Shown: positions 56,727 through 64,000 of the stretch, piece after piece | Numbering within the stretch: position 1 is the stretch's first letter | How the letters are laid out: the number at the start of each line of letters is the position of its first letter | Assembly (NCBI GenBank): GCA_025355165.1 | Contig: JANYAD010000048.1 | Span: forward strand, 15,071-79,070 | Direction of reading: 5' to 3' | DNA: 64,000 nucleotides | DNA from: Gammaproteobacteria bacterium | GTDB lineage: Bacteria > Pseudomonadota > Gammaproteobacteria > Steroidobacterales > Steroidobacteraceae | Program-made: the position numbers and the translations under genes | The notes under the pieces: generated by a model | Told to the model about the DNA's origin: nothing | What the model saw: the letters and a program-made list of their open reading frames with translations, nothing else | The model's database searches: none

Positions 56727-57036
56727 ACGTACTTCGCGACCCAAGGTCGATGGGGGTATAAGCAGCGCGCCGTCCTTGCCGCGGCGCAGTTGACGGCCTG
56801 CGGACTCAGCCTAGAGCATCCGTCCAAACAATGCGCTTGCCTTGCCGGCGACTCAGCATGCACCAGATCGCAATAACTTGCCACTGATCGCGGGGTAACT
56901 TCTCAGGGGTCCGAATTGTGGATCCGCTCGGAAAACGACGCTATCCTCATGTGTCATTACAGCAGCGAGTGTCTTTGACGTATTATCGATCGGACAAAAA
57001 CAGAATGTTCCGTAAGCGGGATAGAGGGATCTTCGC

Positions 57037-57765
57037 GTGAGCGATGAAAAAAAACCTAACGATAGACGAAGCTTCCTGTTGCAGGCGGGATTAGCGGGGG
57101 TCGCGTCCCTGACCTCCGTTGCGCTGCCGGCTGGGGCATCGACACCCGATACAGCGCTGATCGCTAAGACCGAACCCGCTGCCAGATCCTTCCATTCGCT
57201 GGGGCCCGAGGAAGCAGCGTTTATCGAGGCCCTGGTCAATATCATGTGCCCGGCCGACCAGTTCACACCGAATGGCGTTGACTGCGGTCTGGCTATCTAC
57301 ATTGATCGCCAACTCGCAGGACCTTACGGTCAGGGAGATGGCCGATATCAAAGTGGACCTTTCAAGCAGGGGAAGCCGGAACTCGGATTACAGCTACCGC
57401 TCACGCCCGAACAGTTCTGCAAGGCCGGAATTGCGGCCGTGAACCTCGCGTGCAAACGGGATAATGGTGCTACTTTCGATCAACTCGCACCGGCGGCGGC
57501 ACAAGCCGTCCTTGAGAAAATAGAGGACGGCCGGATGACCGATCCTCGTCTGCCACTTGCGTCGTGGTTCAATGACATCATTTACGCGCTCTTCATTGAA
57601 GCTTGCTTTGCCGATCCGATGTACGGGGGTAATCGTGATGCCGTCTTTTGGAAGATGATCGGGTATCCAGGTCTGCCCGCCACCCACACCATCGACATGG
57701 TCCGCTACCGCGGCAAGCCTTATCCCGGTGCCCAGAATCCTAAGTCGATCGGCGATTTTTCGTGA
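57037..57765 (+). CDS. Gluconate-2-dehydrogenase subunit-3-family small subunit with a Tat signal
   Basis: GTG start. The Tat motif is DRRSFLLQAGLAGVASLTSVALPAGA. EEAAFIEALVNIMCPAD... is typical of this family. Confidence 0.85.
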   Translation: MSDEKKPNDRRSFLLQAGLAGVASLTSVALPAGASTPDTALIAKTEPAARSFHSLGPEEAAFIEALVNIMCPADQFTPNGVDCGLAIYIDRQLAGPYGQGDGRYQSGPFKQGKPELGLQLPLTPEQFCKAGIAAVNLACKRDNGATFDQLAPAAAQAVLEKIEDGRMTDPRLPLASWFNDIIYALFIEACFADPMYGGNRDAVFWKMIGYPGLPATHTIDMVRYRGKPYPGAQNPKSIGDFS

Positions 57766-57779
57766 ACCGGGACTGATCG

Positions 57780-59540
57780 ATGGCGAAACGTCTACCGCAC
57801 CGCCGTGTAGTTATTGTTGGAGGAGGGCTGTGCGCTGCGCTGATTTCTCGGCAGTTGACCGCGCAAGGTGTGGACGTTTTGGTACTCGAGCGGGGTATCG
57901 ACCATGCCAACGGCCCCGCTGCGCGACTACCGAGTCAACGGGACGAACTGCGCTGGGCGCAACGTCAAGGACTCATGCAAAATTGGCAACGCGAGACTTA
58001 CACCTTGCGACACACCCGGCACGAGGAGTCCCTGCCGGTGCGCTGGATGGGCGCCTTCTTGCCGGGCGAAGGCGTCGGGGGCGCAGCCAGCCACTGGAAC
58101 GGGCAGACATGGAGGTGGTCCGAATATGACCCGGCTTTGCGTACGCGCTACGAGACTCGCTACGGTAAATCCGCCATTCCAAAAGAAATGCCGCTGCAGG
58201 ATTGGGGTACCACGTACGCCGAGCTAGAGCCGTACCACGATTTGTTCGAGAAATTGTTTGGCTTGTCGGGCAAGGCTGGAAATATTGAAGGCCTCATTCA
58301 GGCTGGCGGTAACCCCTTCGAGGCGCCGCGCCGCGATGAGTATCCCCAGCGACCGCTGGAAATCACCGAGGCGGGAATCATATTCAAGGCAGCTACCGAG
58401 TCTTTAGGATATCGGCCTTTTCCGGGACCCGCCGCCAATTCTTCCGGAACGTATTTAAATCCGGATGGCCAGAGGCTCGGCCCCTGCCAGTACTGCGGCC
58501 ACTGTGAACGCTTCCTATGCGAAGCGCATGCCAAGGCCACGCCCGATGGACTGCTATACCCGTTGCTGCGAACTCGCAAGAGTTTCGAGATCCGCACTCA
58601 TGCACAGGTACTGCATATCGACTACGACCGGCAAGCCAAGCGTGCACTGGGCGTGCGCTATCTTGACCTCGAATCCGGTGAGGAATACCAACAGCCCGCG
58701 GATATCGTGGTGCTTGCCGCTTTCACCATGAGCAATACCCGGCTGCTGCTTCTGAGTGGCATCGGCGCGTCCTACGACCCTACCGCACGCCACGGAGTGG
58801 TCGGCAAGAATTTTTGCTATCAAACCCAATCTGGGGTGGGCCTGTTCTTTCGCAATCGCTGGATCAATCCGTTTTTGGCCGCAGGTTGCACTTTGACTGC
58901 GATCGATGAGTACAACAACGACAATTTTGATCACTCGGCACTGCCTTTTCTCGGCGGGGCCAACATCAGTGCAGGTGTAACGAATGGGCGTCCAATTCGC
59001 TCGCGCAGCACACCTTCCGGTACACCGCGCTGGGGAACTGAATGGAAAAAAGCTAATGCGGAGTGGTATGCGCATTCCTGCGGCGTCGGCGCACAAGGCA
59101 GCTGTTATCCGCACGTTGAGAACTATTTGGATCTTGATCCTGTGTACCGAGATATTTATGGGTTACCGCTGTTGCGAATGACCTTCGATTTTAGGGAGAA
59201 CGAAGTCAAGATGTCACGCTGGGTTACCGAGAAAGTCGGTGAGATCTGCAAGGCCATGGCGCCAGACATCATGGGCCCCGTCAAAGGGCTGCAAGGACCC
59301 TTCGATTCGAGGGTGTATCAAAGCACGCATGTCACCGGCGGCACGGTTATGGGAGCAGATCCTCGATCGAGTGTGGTTTCGACCCACCTACAGCACTGGG
59401 ACGCTGAGAATCTGTTTGTCGTCGGCGCATCGGTATATCCGCATAATTCAGGCTACAACCCGACCGGACCGCTCGCTGCCCTGGCACTGCGCTTAGGGGA
59501 TGATCTGGTGCGCTACTCTTCTAGGCCGCGGCAGCTGTGA
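57780..59540 (+). CDS. GMC-family FAD flavoprotein dehydrogenase (large subunit)
   Basis: 586 aa: VVIVGGGLCAAL (FAD fold), a C-terminal GMC domain with HVTGGTVMG, and NLFVVGASVYP. Confidence 0.9.
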   Translation: MAKRLPHRRVVIVGGGLCAALISRQLTAQGVDVLVLERGIDHANGPAARLPSQRDELRWAQRQGLMQNWQRETYTLRHTRHEESLPVRWMGAFLPGEGVGGAASHWNGQTWRWSEYDPALRTRYETRYGKSAIPKEMPLQDWGTTYAELEPYHDLFEKLFGLSGKAGNIEGLIQAGGNPFEAPRRDEYPQRPLEITEAGIIFKAATESLGYRPFPGPAANSSGTYLNPDGQRLGPCQYCGHCERFLCEAHAKATPDGLLYPLLRTRKSFEIRTHAQVLHIDYDRQAKRALGVRYLDLESGEEYQQPADIVVLAAFTMSNTRLLLLSGIGASYDPTARHGVVGKNFCYQTQSGVGLFFRNRWINPFLAAGCTLTAIDEYNNDNFDHSALPFLGGANISAGVTNGRPIRSRSTPSGTPRWGTEWKKANAEWYAHSCGVGAQGSCYPHVENYLDLDPVYRDIYGLPLLRMTFDFRENEVKMSRWVTEKVGEICKAMAPDIMGPVKGLQGPFDSRVYQSTHVTGGTVMGADPRSSVVSTHLQHWDAENLFVVGASVYPHNSGYNPTGPLAALALRLGDDLVRYSSRPRQL

Positions 59541-59908
59541 TGGGTCTTTACCTGCGATGCATCCTCGTAATGGCGGTGGTGAGCGCCCTGATTCTGCCGC
59601 GCGCTGCTCGAAGCGACGCGCCAAAGAAAGCAGCATTCGATCAATGCGCCGTTTGTCATTCCACGGACGGCAGCAACGGTACTGGCCCGACGTTGAAAGG
59701 CGTGTTCGGCCGGCAGTCCGGTACGGTCGCTGGATTTCGCTACAGCCGTGCGATGCGCGGCGCCGGCATTAGGTGGGATGAAAAGACTTTGGATCAGTAC
59801 CTCAGCAGTCCCCAGGAGTTCATTGCAGGGAACGTAATGCCATTTTCCGGCGTTGACGATCCAACCGAACGAGCGAGCATCATTGCCTACCTGCGCGCAC
59901 TCAACTGA
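59537..59908 (+). CDS. Monohaem class I c-type cytochrome (c2-like)
   Basis: 123 aa with a signal peptide, one CAVCH haem site, the GPTLKGVFGRQSG pattern and the distal Met (NVMPF). The start overlaps the GMC stop (TGATG). Confidence 0.9.
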   Translation: MMGLYLRCILVMAVVSALILPRAARSDAPKKAAFDQCAVCHSTDGSNGTGPTLKGVFGRQSGTVAGFRYSRAMRGAGIRWDEKTLDQYLSSPQEFIAGNVMPFSGVDDPTERASIIAYLRALN

Positions 59909-60043
59909 GCGTTGCTCAGGCCGCTAGCACGCGCATGACCCGTTAAGCCTAACTTAACCCAGCTTCAGCTGTTGCATTTGTTCCGAATTGCGCCAGGGCG
60001 CAACCTCGCATTGCCGCCTCGGTGCCAATGTAGGAGCGATGCC

Positions 60044-60289
60044 ATGACTGAATTCCAAAAAATCGCCACAGGCCTTCTTAGTCTGACGCACCCTGAGATA
60101 TTCACTTCGGTCCGCAACGCGTCCGATAGAGAGCCGACGCCCGCGTCCCCTCGCGCCGGCGCCATGCTACGTGCCTTGAAATTCGCCTTTGCCGCGCTGG
60201 CCGCCGGGTCCCGCATCGTTCCAATGGGAGATAATAGTGCGCTCACTCGTGAGCTAGGCGCCTACGGGGTGGGTTTGCAGAAGCACTAA
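60044..60289 (+). CDS. Hypothetical small protein
   Basis: 81 aa. The ATG lies 7 nt after AGGAG. I recognise no family. Confidence 0.4.
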   Translation: MTEFQKIATGLLSLTHPEIFTSVRNASDREPTPASPRAGAMLRALKFAFAALAAGSRIVPMGDNSALTRELGAYGVGLQKH

Positions 60290-60527
60290 ATCGCCCTCGC
60301 TTAAGTCTTGCGCGGTTCGTCGGGAATTTCCTGATCTTGGGTAGCACGACCCCTGCGCCGGCGCGGTATTATTCAATTCACGGATCTGATCCGTAAGTCT
60401 CGCGCCGGTCAGAGGACGGGGGCGCTACGACAGCAAACATCACCGACAAAACTAACACTCGCCATCCCTCTCGACGAAATAGGATTTGCGGTTAGCGCAG
60501 TAATTCATTGAAAGGATCACCGCCAAA

Positions 60528-62321
60528 TTGAAGGTACCGTCTCAAAGCGTCGTAATACAAAACCACCTGACCGGCTTACCCCAGTGGCTCATTTTTCGCG
60601 ATCCGGTCGCTTCGATCAGTACGTCCCGCATTGGCGATGTAATGGGGTGTCTTCGGGAGATTGAAGCCCGAACGGCACAGGGATTGTATGCGGCGGGCTT
60701 TATCAGCTACGAGGCCTCTTCTGCGATGGACCCCGCGTTGGCGACTCACGAATCGAAGGGCGTGCCGCTCATATGGTTTGGACTCTACGATCGCCCCGAG
60801 ATTCTCTCACTCCCCGATTCGCATTCGACAGCATCGGATTTTGATTGGCAATCTTCCGTTTCCTTGAAGGAGTACCGCGAGTCGATAGAAAAGGCTAAAC
60901 AGTGGATACGCAGTGGGGATACCTACCAGGTCAATTACACCGTGCGCCTGCGAAGTAATTTTGACGGCGATCCATGGCTATTGTTTCTGGAGCTCTACAA
61001 GGCGCAACGCAGCAGCTACTCGGCGTACATAAATCTCGGTCGATATCACATCTGCTCGGTATCGCCGGAACTGTTTTTCTCGCTCAAGGGAGGGGAACTC
61101 ACCTGCAAACCCATGAAAGGTACCGCGAAACGGGGTGATACCACGCTCGCAGACGAGGAATCTGAGCGCTGGCTCATGTCCTCACCGAAGAACCGCGCTG
61201 AGAATGTCATGATTGTGGATATGATCCGCAATGATATGGGCAGGATCGCGCAAATCGGCAGTGTGCGGGTCGAAAAACTATTTTCCGTCGAGAAATACCC
61301 GACCATCCTTCAAATGACATCGACGGTTACCTCGCGCACCACTGCACCAATATCGGAGATTTTTCTCAATATGTTTCCTTGCGCTTCTATAACCGGCGCA
61401 CCGAAGATCAAGACAATGCAGATTATCAAGCAATTAGAGCCCGACCCGCGAGGCGTCTATACGGGTTCCATCGGCTACATCTCGCCGGATGCGAACTGCC
61501 AATTCAATGTTGCTATTCGCACAGTGGTGATCGACATGACCGACAAGTCTGCCGAGTACGGGGTGGGCAGCGGTATCCTTTGGGACTCTGAGGCCGATGA
61601 CGAGTACGAGGAATGTCAGACCAAAGCCCGCGTCCTGTTCCACAAGAATCTCGAGTTCGATCTCCTTGAATCTGTGTTGTGGACTCCCGACCGGGGATTC
61701 TACATGCTCGACGAACACATGCAGAGATTGCAGGATTCAGCCGCCTACTTCCAATTCGATCTGATGATCGAGCGTTTGAATGAGGAGCTGCGCAGGTTCG
61801 CGCGGTGCGCTCACGTAGAGACAAAAAAGCTCAGAATAACCGTGTCGCGCAGCGGGGAGGTAGCCGTGGAACCCTCGCCAATCATTTCAATCGCGGGATC
61901 GAAGATCGGCATTTCGAATAGGGCTATCACGCCGTCGGCCTTTGTGCGGCATAAAACGACTTACAGAAAACCTTACACTGATTTGATCGACGAGAAGAGG
62001 CTGTCTCAACCAGGACTCGCCGATCTGATCTTTTGGAACGAAGCCGGCAACGTCACTGAATCCAGCATAGCCAACGTCGTCGTCGCGGATCGCGGCGATT
62101 TGTTGACGCCGCCTCTAGATCAAGGCCTGTTGGGCGGCGTATTTCGTAAAGCGCTTTTGGAACGGGGAATCATCAAGGAGAGGAAAATCCGACTCGATGA
62201 GCTTCGGAATTCTAGAGTATTCCTCATTAATTCGGTTAGGGGATGGATGCCGCTCGATAAAACGTTGGGCGATGATATCTGGGTCATCCGCAACGATTTT
62301 GACTTTGAGACACCCAATTGA
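60528..62321 (+). CDS. pabB: Bifunctional aminodeoxychorismate synthase component I (PabB) / class IV aminotransferase-fold aminodeoxychorismate lyase (PabC) fusion
   Basis: 597 aa. The chorismate-binding part reads DTYQVNYT, SPELFF, CKPMKGTAKRG, NRAENVMIVDMIRND, PCASITGAPK, RGVYTGSIGY, GVGSGI. From about residue 375 a class IV fold follows: FDLLESVLW...YFQFD...TYRKPY...LIFWNE.GNVTESSIANV. Confidence 0.88.
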   Translation: MKVPSQSVVIQNHLTGLPQWLIFRDPVASISTSRIGDVMGCLREIEARTAQGLYAAGFISYEASSAMDPALATHESKGVPLIWFGLYDRPEILSLPDSHSTASDFDWQSSVSLKEYRESIEKAKQWIRSGDTYQVNYTVRLRSNFDGDPWLLFLELYKAQRSSYSAYINLGRYHICSVSPELFFSLKGGELTCKPMKGTAKRGDTTLADEESERWLMSSPKNRAENVMIVDMIRNDMGRIAQIGSVRVEKLFSVEKYPTILQMTSTVTSRTTAPISEIFLNMFPCASITGAPKIKTMQIIKQLEPDPRGVYTGSIGYISPDANCQFNVAIRTVVIDMTDKSAEYGVGSGILWDSEADDEYEECQTKARVLFHKNLEFDLLESVLWTPDRGFYMLDEHMQRLQDSAAYFQFDLMIERLNEELRRFARCAHVETKKLRITVSRSGEVAVEPSPIISIAGSKIGISNRAITPSAFVRHKTTYRKPYTDLIDEKRLSQPGLADLIFWNEAGNVTESSIANVVVADRGDLLTPPLDQGLLGGVFRKALLERGIIKERKIRLDELRNSRVFLINSVRGWMPLDKTLGDDIWVIRNDFDFETPN

Positions 62322-62532
62322 GAAACTTCGGTACGCAAAGTTGATTGAAGAAAAGCATGGCTCGCTCGCATCGCGGCAAACCTGAAGGAGATCGCTCATG
62401 CCCCATGTCGCAAATTACACATCGGCCGTGCTCACATTCAGTTTAGCTTGCGGTACAGCGTGTAGCTGACCTCCCGGCGGGCGGACGGGAGGGGCGGGGG
62501 AGTCCTGCATGCCGCCATTGCCGGATCGCCGT

Positions 62533-63186
62533 TCAGCCCGGACGCCGCTTCGAACGCAAAATGGCCAGAGCACCTAAGAACAGTGTCAGAGCGCCGGCAG
62601 CAGATGCTGAATCTATCTCGGGAGCGGATGAAATCGACGCGCTCCAATGGCCGGGCGCGGAATTGCTTTCGGCTATCCGAAAACATGGAGTGACGACACC
62701 GGGCGGTGCAGCGCACGAAGGCGAACTGAAACCAGACGCGTAAGCGTCTCCCGCATTCATTATCGTAACCGCCGCAAAAGATGGCGAATTGGTACCGCTG
62801 AAAATTCCGGCAACAATGTCGACATTCCAACCGGTGAGCACGCCGTTCGCATCGGTCGAGAACATAAACAGAGGGGATGCGCCAGGAGCGGCCAGTGGGC
62901 TATTCGAATTCAGATACAGACCGCCGAACTGAGTGGTGCTATCGAAGCTCCAAGAAATCGGCTTTAAGACGGCATTATTCAGATTATCGCCAAGAGGCGC
63001 ACTCAGTACCACTTCGCCGGTGTTTTCCGGAACTACGTTACGAAGCCCGTTACTTACGTTTCCGCTAATGGTTAAGCTCGTAAAGGCACTGCCCACATAA
63101 TCGAGAGTTTCGGTCTGAGCAAATGCAACCGGGTGAAACGTGACAAGAATCGGAGCCAACAATCTCAGACGATTACTATGAGTCAT
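62533..63186 (-). CDS. Secreted protein with a PEP-CTERM-class sorting signal (APEID variant)
   Basis: 217 aa with an N-terminal signal peptide (LLAPILVTFHPVAFAQ). The C-terminus is SAPEIDSASAAGALTLFLGALAILRSKRRPG: motif, TM helix and basic tail. Confidence 0.65.
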   Translation of the reverse strand: MTHSNRLRLLAPILVTFHPVAFAQTETLDYVGSAFTSLTISGNVSNGLRNVVPENTGEVVLSAPLGDNLNNAVLKPISWSFDSTTQFGGLYLNSNSPLAAPGASPLFMFSTDANGVLTGWNVDIVAGIFSGTNSPSFAAVTIMNAGDAYASGFSSPSCAAPPGVVTPCFRIAESNSAPGHWSASISSAPEIDSASAAGALTLFLGALAILRSKRRPG

Positions 63187-63584
63187 CCTGAAATCCCTCT
63201 GTGAATTGAAAGTTCGGGACGAAAAAACGAAACCGACTTTTGTGTAGCGGCTATGCGGCTCGGGCGTCAGCAGCTACTTTACTCCTCATCCCTAGGGTTA
63301 GACACGCCATTCGGGCGAGCATAACGACTTCCGCGGATCGGGCGGCGCCAGTCATCGAATGCGATGCGCCACTCGGGTAAGACTAAAGTTTAAGGGAGGT
63401 GGCTCAACCTCTTTCAGTGTGCCAAAGCACAGCGCTATAATCAGCTGCAAGGGGTGCGCATTCGTCAGAATTTACAAAGCGCAGCGCCTTCCAAAAGCAT
63501 CGATGCGCGCACCGATCGAAATGCGGTCGAACACGCCGTTACTGTCAGCTGAGCCAAAAAGCTTGGGCCGTTGCAGGAGACCTC

Positions 63585-64000
63585 ATGAAGAGATCGAATT
63601 CTAACCTCTACCGTTTGTCGCGGCGCAACTTCGTCGCGCAGGCTGGCCAATTGGGCATTGCCGGCATGCTGGGATCGCTGAGTTGGACGGCCCGGAGCGA
63701 TGAGAGCATCGATCTTCCCTTCTGGAACGGCCAGCGTGAGCTTGTAACGAACTTTCCCCAAAAAGGTGCGATGATCCTGCAACGGACCCAGCCAGCGCTG
63801 CTGGAGACCCCATTCGAAGTGTTTGACCAAGGCGTTTTCACGCCCAATGATCGTTTTTACGTACGCTGGCATCTGCCCAACATACCCACTTTTATCGATC
63901 CGGATGTGTTTCGCCTCAAGATCCACGGCCGGGTCGGAAAGCCGCTGGCACTGAGCATGCACGATCTGCTCCATGACTTTCCGCGGGTGCAAATCGCTGC
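63585..64000 (+). CDS. Sulfite-oxidase-family molybdopterin oxidoreductase (SorA/YedY-like), 5' part; runs off the right edge
   Basis: This ORF is absent from the track because no stop falls in the window. AGGAGA lies 4 nt before the ATG at 63585. The Tat signal is LSRRNFVAQAGQLGIAGML. LETPFEVFDQGVFTPNDRFYVRWHLP is the family N-terminal signature. Confidence 0.8.
   Translation, partial: MKRSNSNLYRLSRRNFVAQAGQLGIAGMLGSLSWTARSDESIDLPFWNGQRELVTNFPQKGAMILQRTQPALLETPFEVFDQGVFTPNDRFYVRWHLPNIPTFIDPDVFRLKIHGRVGKPLALSMHDLLHDFPRVQIA

Noticed and set aside
63465-63992. A 175-aa minus-strand ORF at the right edge.
   Set aside because: It is antisense to an open-ended plus-strand gene that has AGGAGA-ATG, a Tat signal and the sulfite-oxidase N-terminal signature.
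1-64000. Other long shadow ORFs lie antisense to confidently called genes. Examples are 1765..2322, 2497..3180, 11239..11907, 21706..22326, 26020..26790, 31427..32263, 38450..39133, 40816..41307, 45196..45813, 53153..53617 and 58554..59114.
   Set aside because: Each lies wholly inside a gene with strong family signatures on the other strand. They have the Arg/Pro/Gly/Ser-rich composition expected of non-coding frames in GC-rich DNA.
1-64000. I searched by eye for CRISPR-like spaced repeats, tRNA/rRNA genes, IS elements, integrases, phage genes, toxin-antitoxin pairs and known defence-system genes.
   Set aside because: None was found. There are no regularly spaced direct repeats and no ORF with transposase, integrase or recombinase motifs. 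A tRNAscan, Infernal and defence-finder run would be the proper confirmation.

Overview
This is a gene-dense, high-GC 64-kb chromosomal segment with about 55 protein-coding genes. All calls come from reading the ORF translations and the DNA by eye; no searches were run. I found no rRNA or tRNA genes, no CRISPR array, and no transposase, integrase or phage genes. The gene content suggests a soil or freshwater Proteobacterium, but the taxon cannot be fixed from this window.

Main blocks, left to right:
- 1-6.3 kb: a redox/detox cluster with a LysR regulator (frameshifted), an aldo/keto reductase, a DoxX protein and an unusual DoxX-DoxX-NDH-2 fusion.
- 7-14 kb: a secreted M20 peptidase, a periplasmic PQQ dehydrogenase, an EamA transporter and a MASE1-PAS-GGDEF cyclase.
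- 14.6-21.4 kb: several orphan hypothetical genes, a frameshifted Tat-exported FAD oxidoreductase and an SGNH hydrolase.
- 21.4-29.5 kb: a TonB-receptor-centred glycan locus (DUF885, GH89 alpha-N-acetylglucosaminidase, TBDR, CE4 deacetylase).
- 29.7-33.5 kb: a PrnB/DUF1864-like gene and lrp, divergent from ocd-arginase.
- 34.8-39.3 kb: a TPR-sulfotransferase plus a second TBDR.
- 39.4-41.7 kb and 54.4-56.7 kb: two paralogous tandem pairs of FtsX/MacB-type permeases with no ATPase in the window. The second pair is in an apparent operon with an exported VanX-like peptidase.
- 43.8-51.6 kb: a dense PHA locus (PhaZd-like esterase, phaB, class I phaC, phasin, ImmA-like peptidase, SDR, phaR, class III phaE-phaC).
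- 57.0-59.9 kb: a three-gene GMC dehydrogenase with a monoheme cytochrome c.
- 60.5-64 kb: a PabB-PabC fusion, a PEP-CTERM-like (APEID) protein, and the 5' end of a sulfite-oxidase-type molybdoenzyme.

Nothing here is unambiguously a new multi-gene system. The best leads are the permease pair plus exported M15 peptidase operon, the DoxX::NDH-2 fusion, the two-synthase PHA locus with a shared candidate PhaR operator and an orphan ImmA-like peptidase, and the PrnB-like haem enzyme in an arginine/ornithine locus. Two otherwise intact genes carry single-site frameshifts; these could be real or assembly errors.
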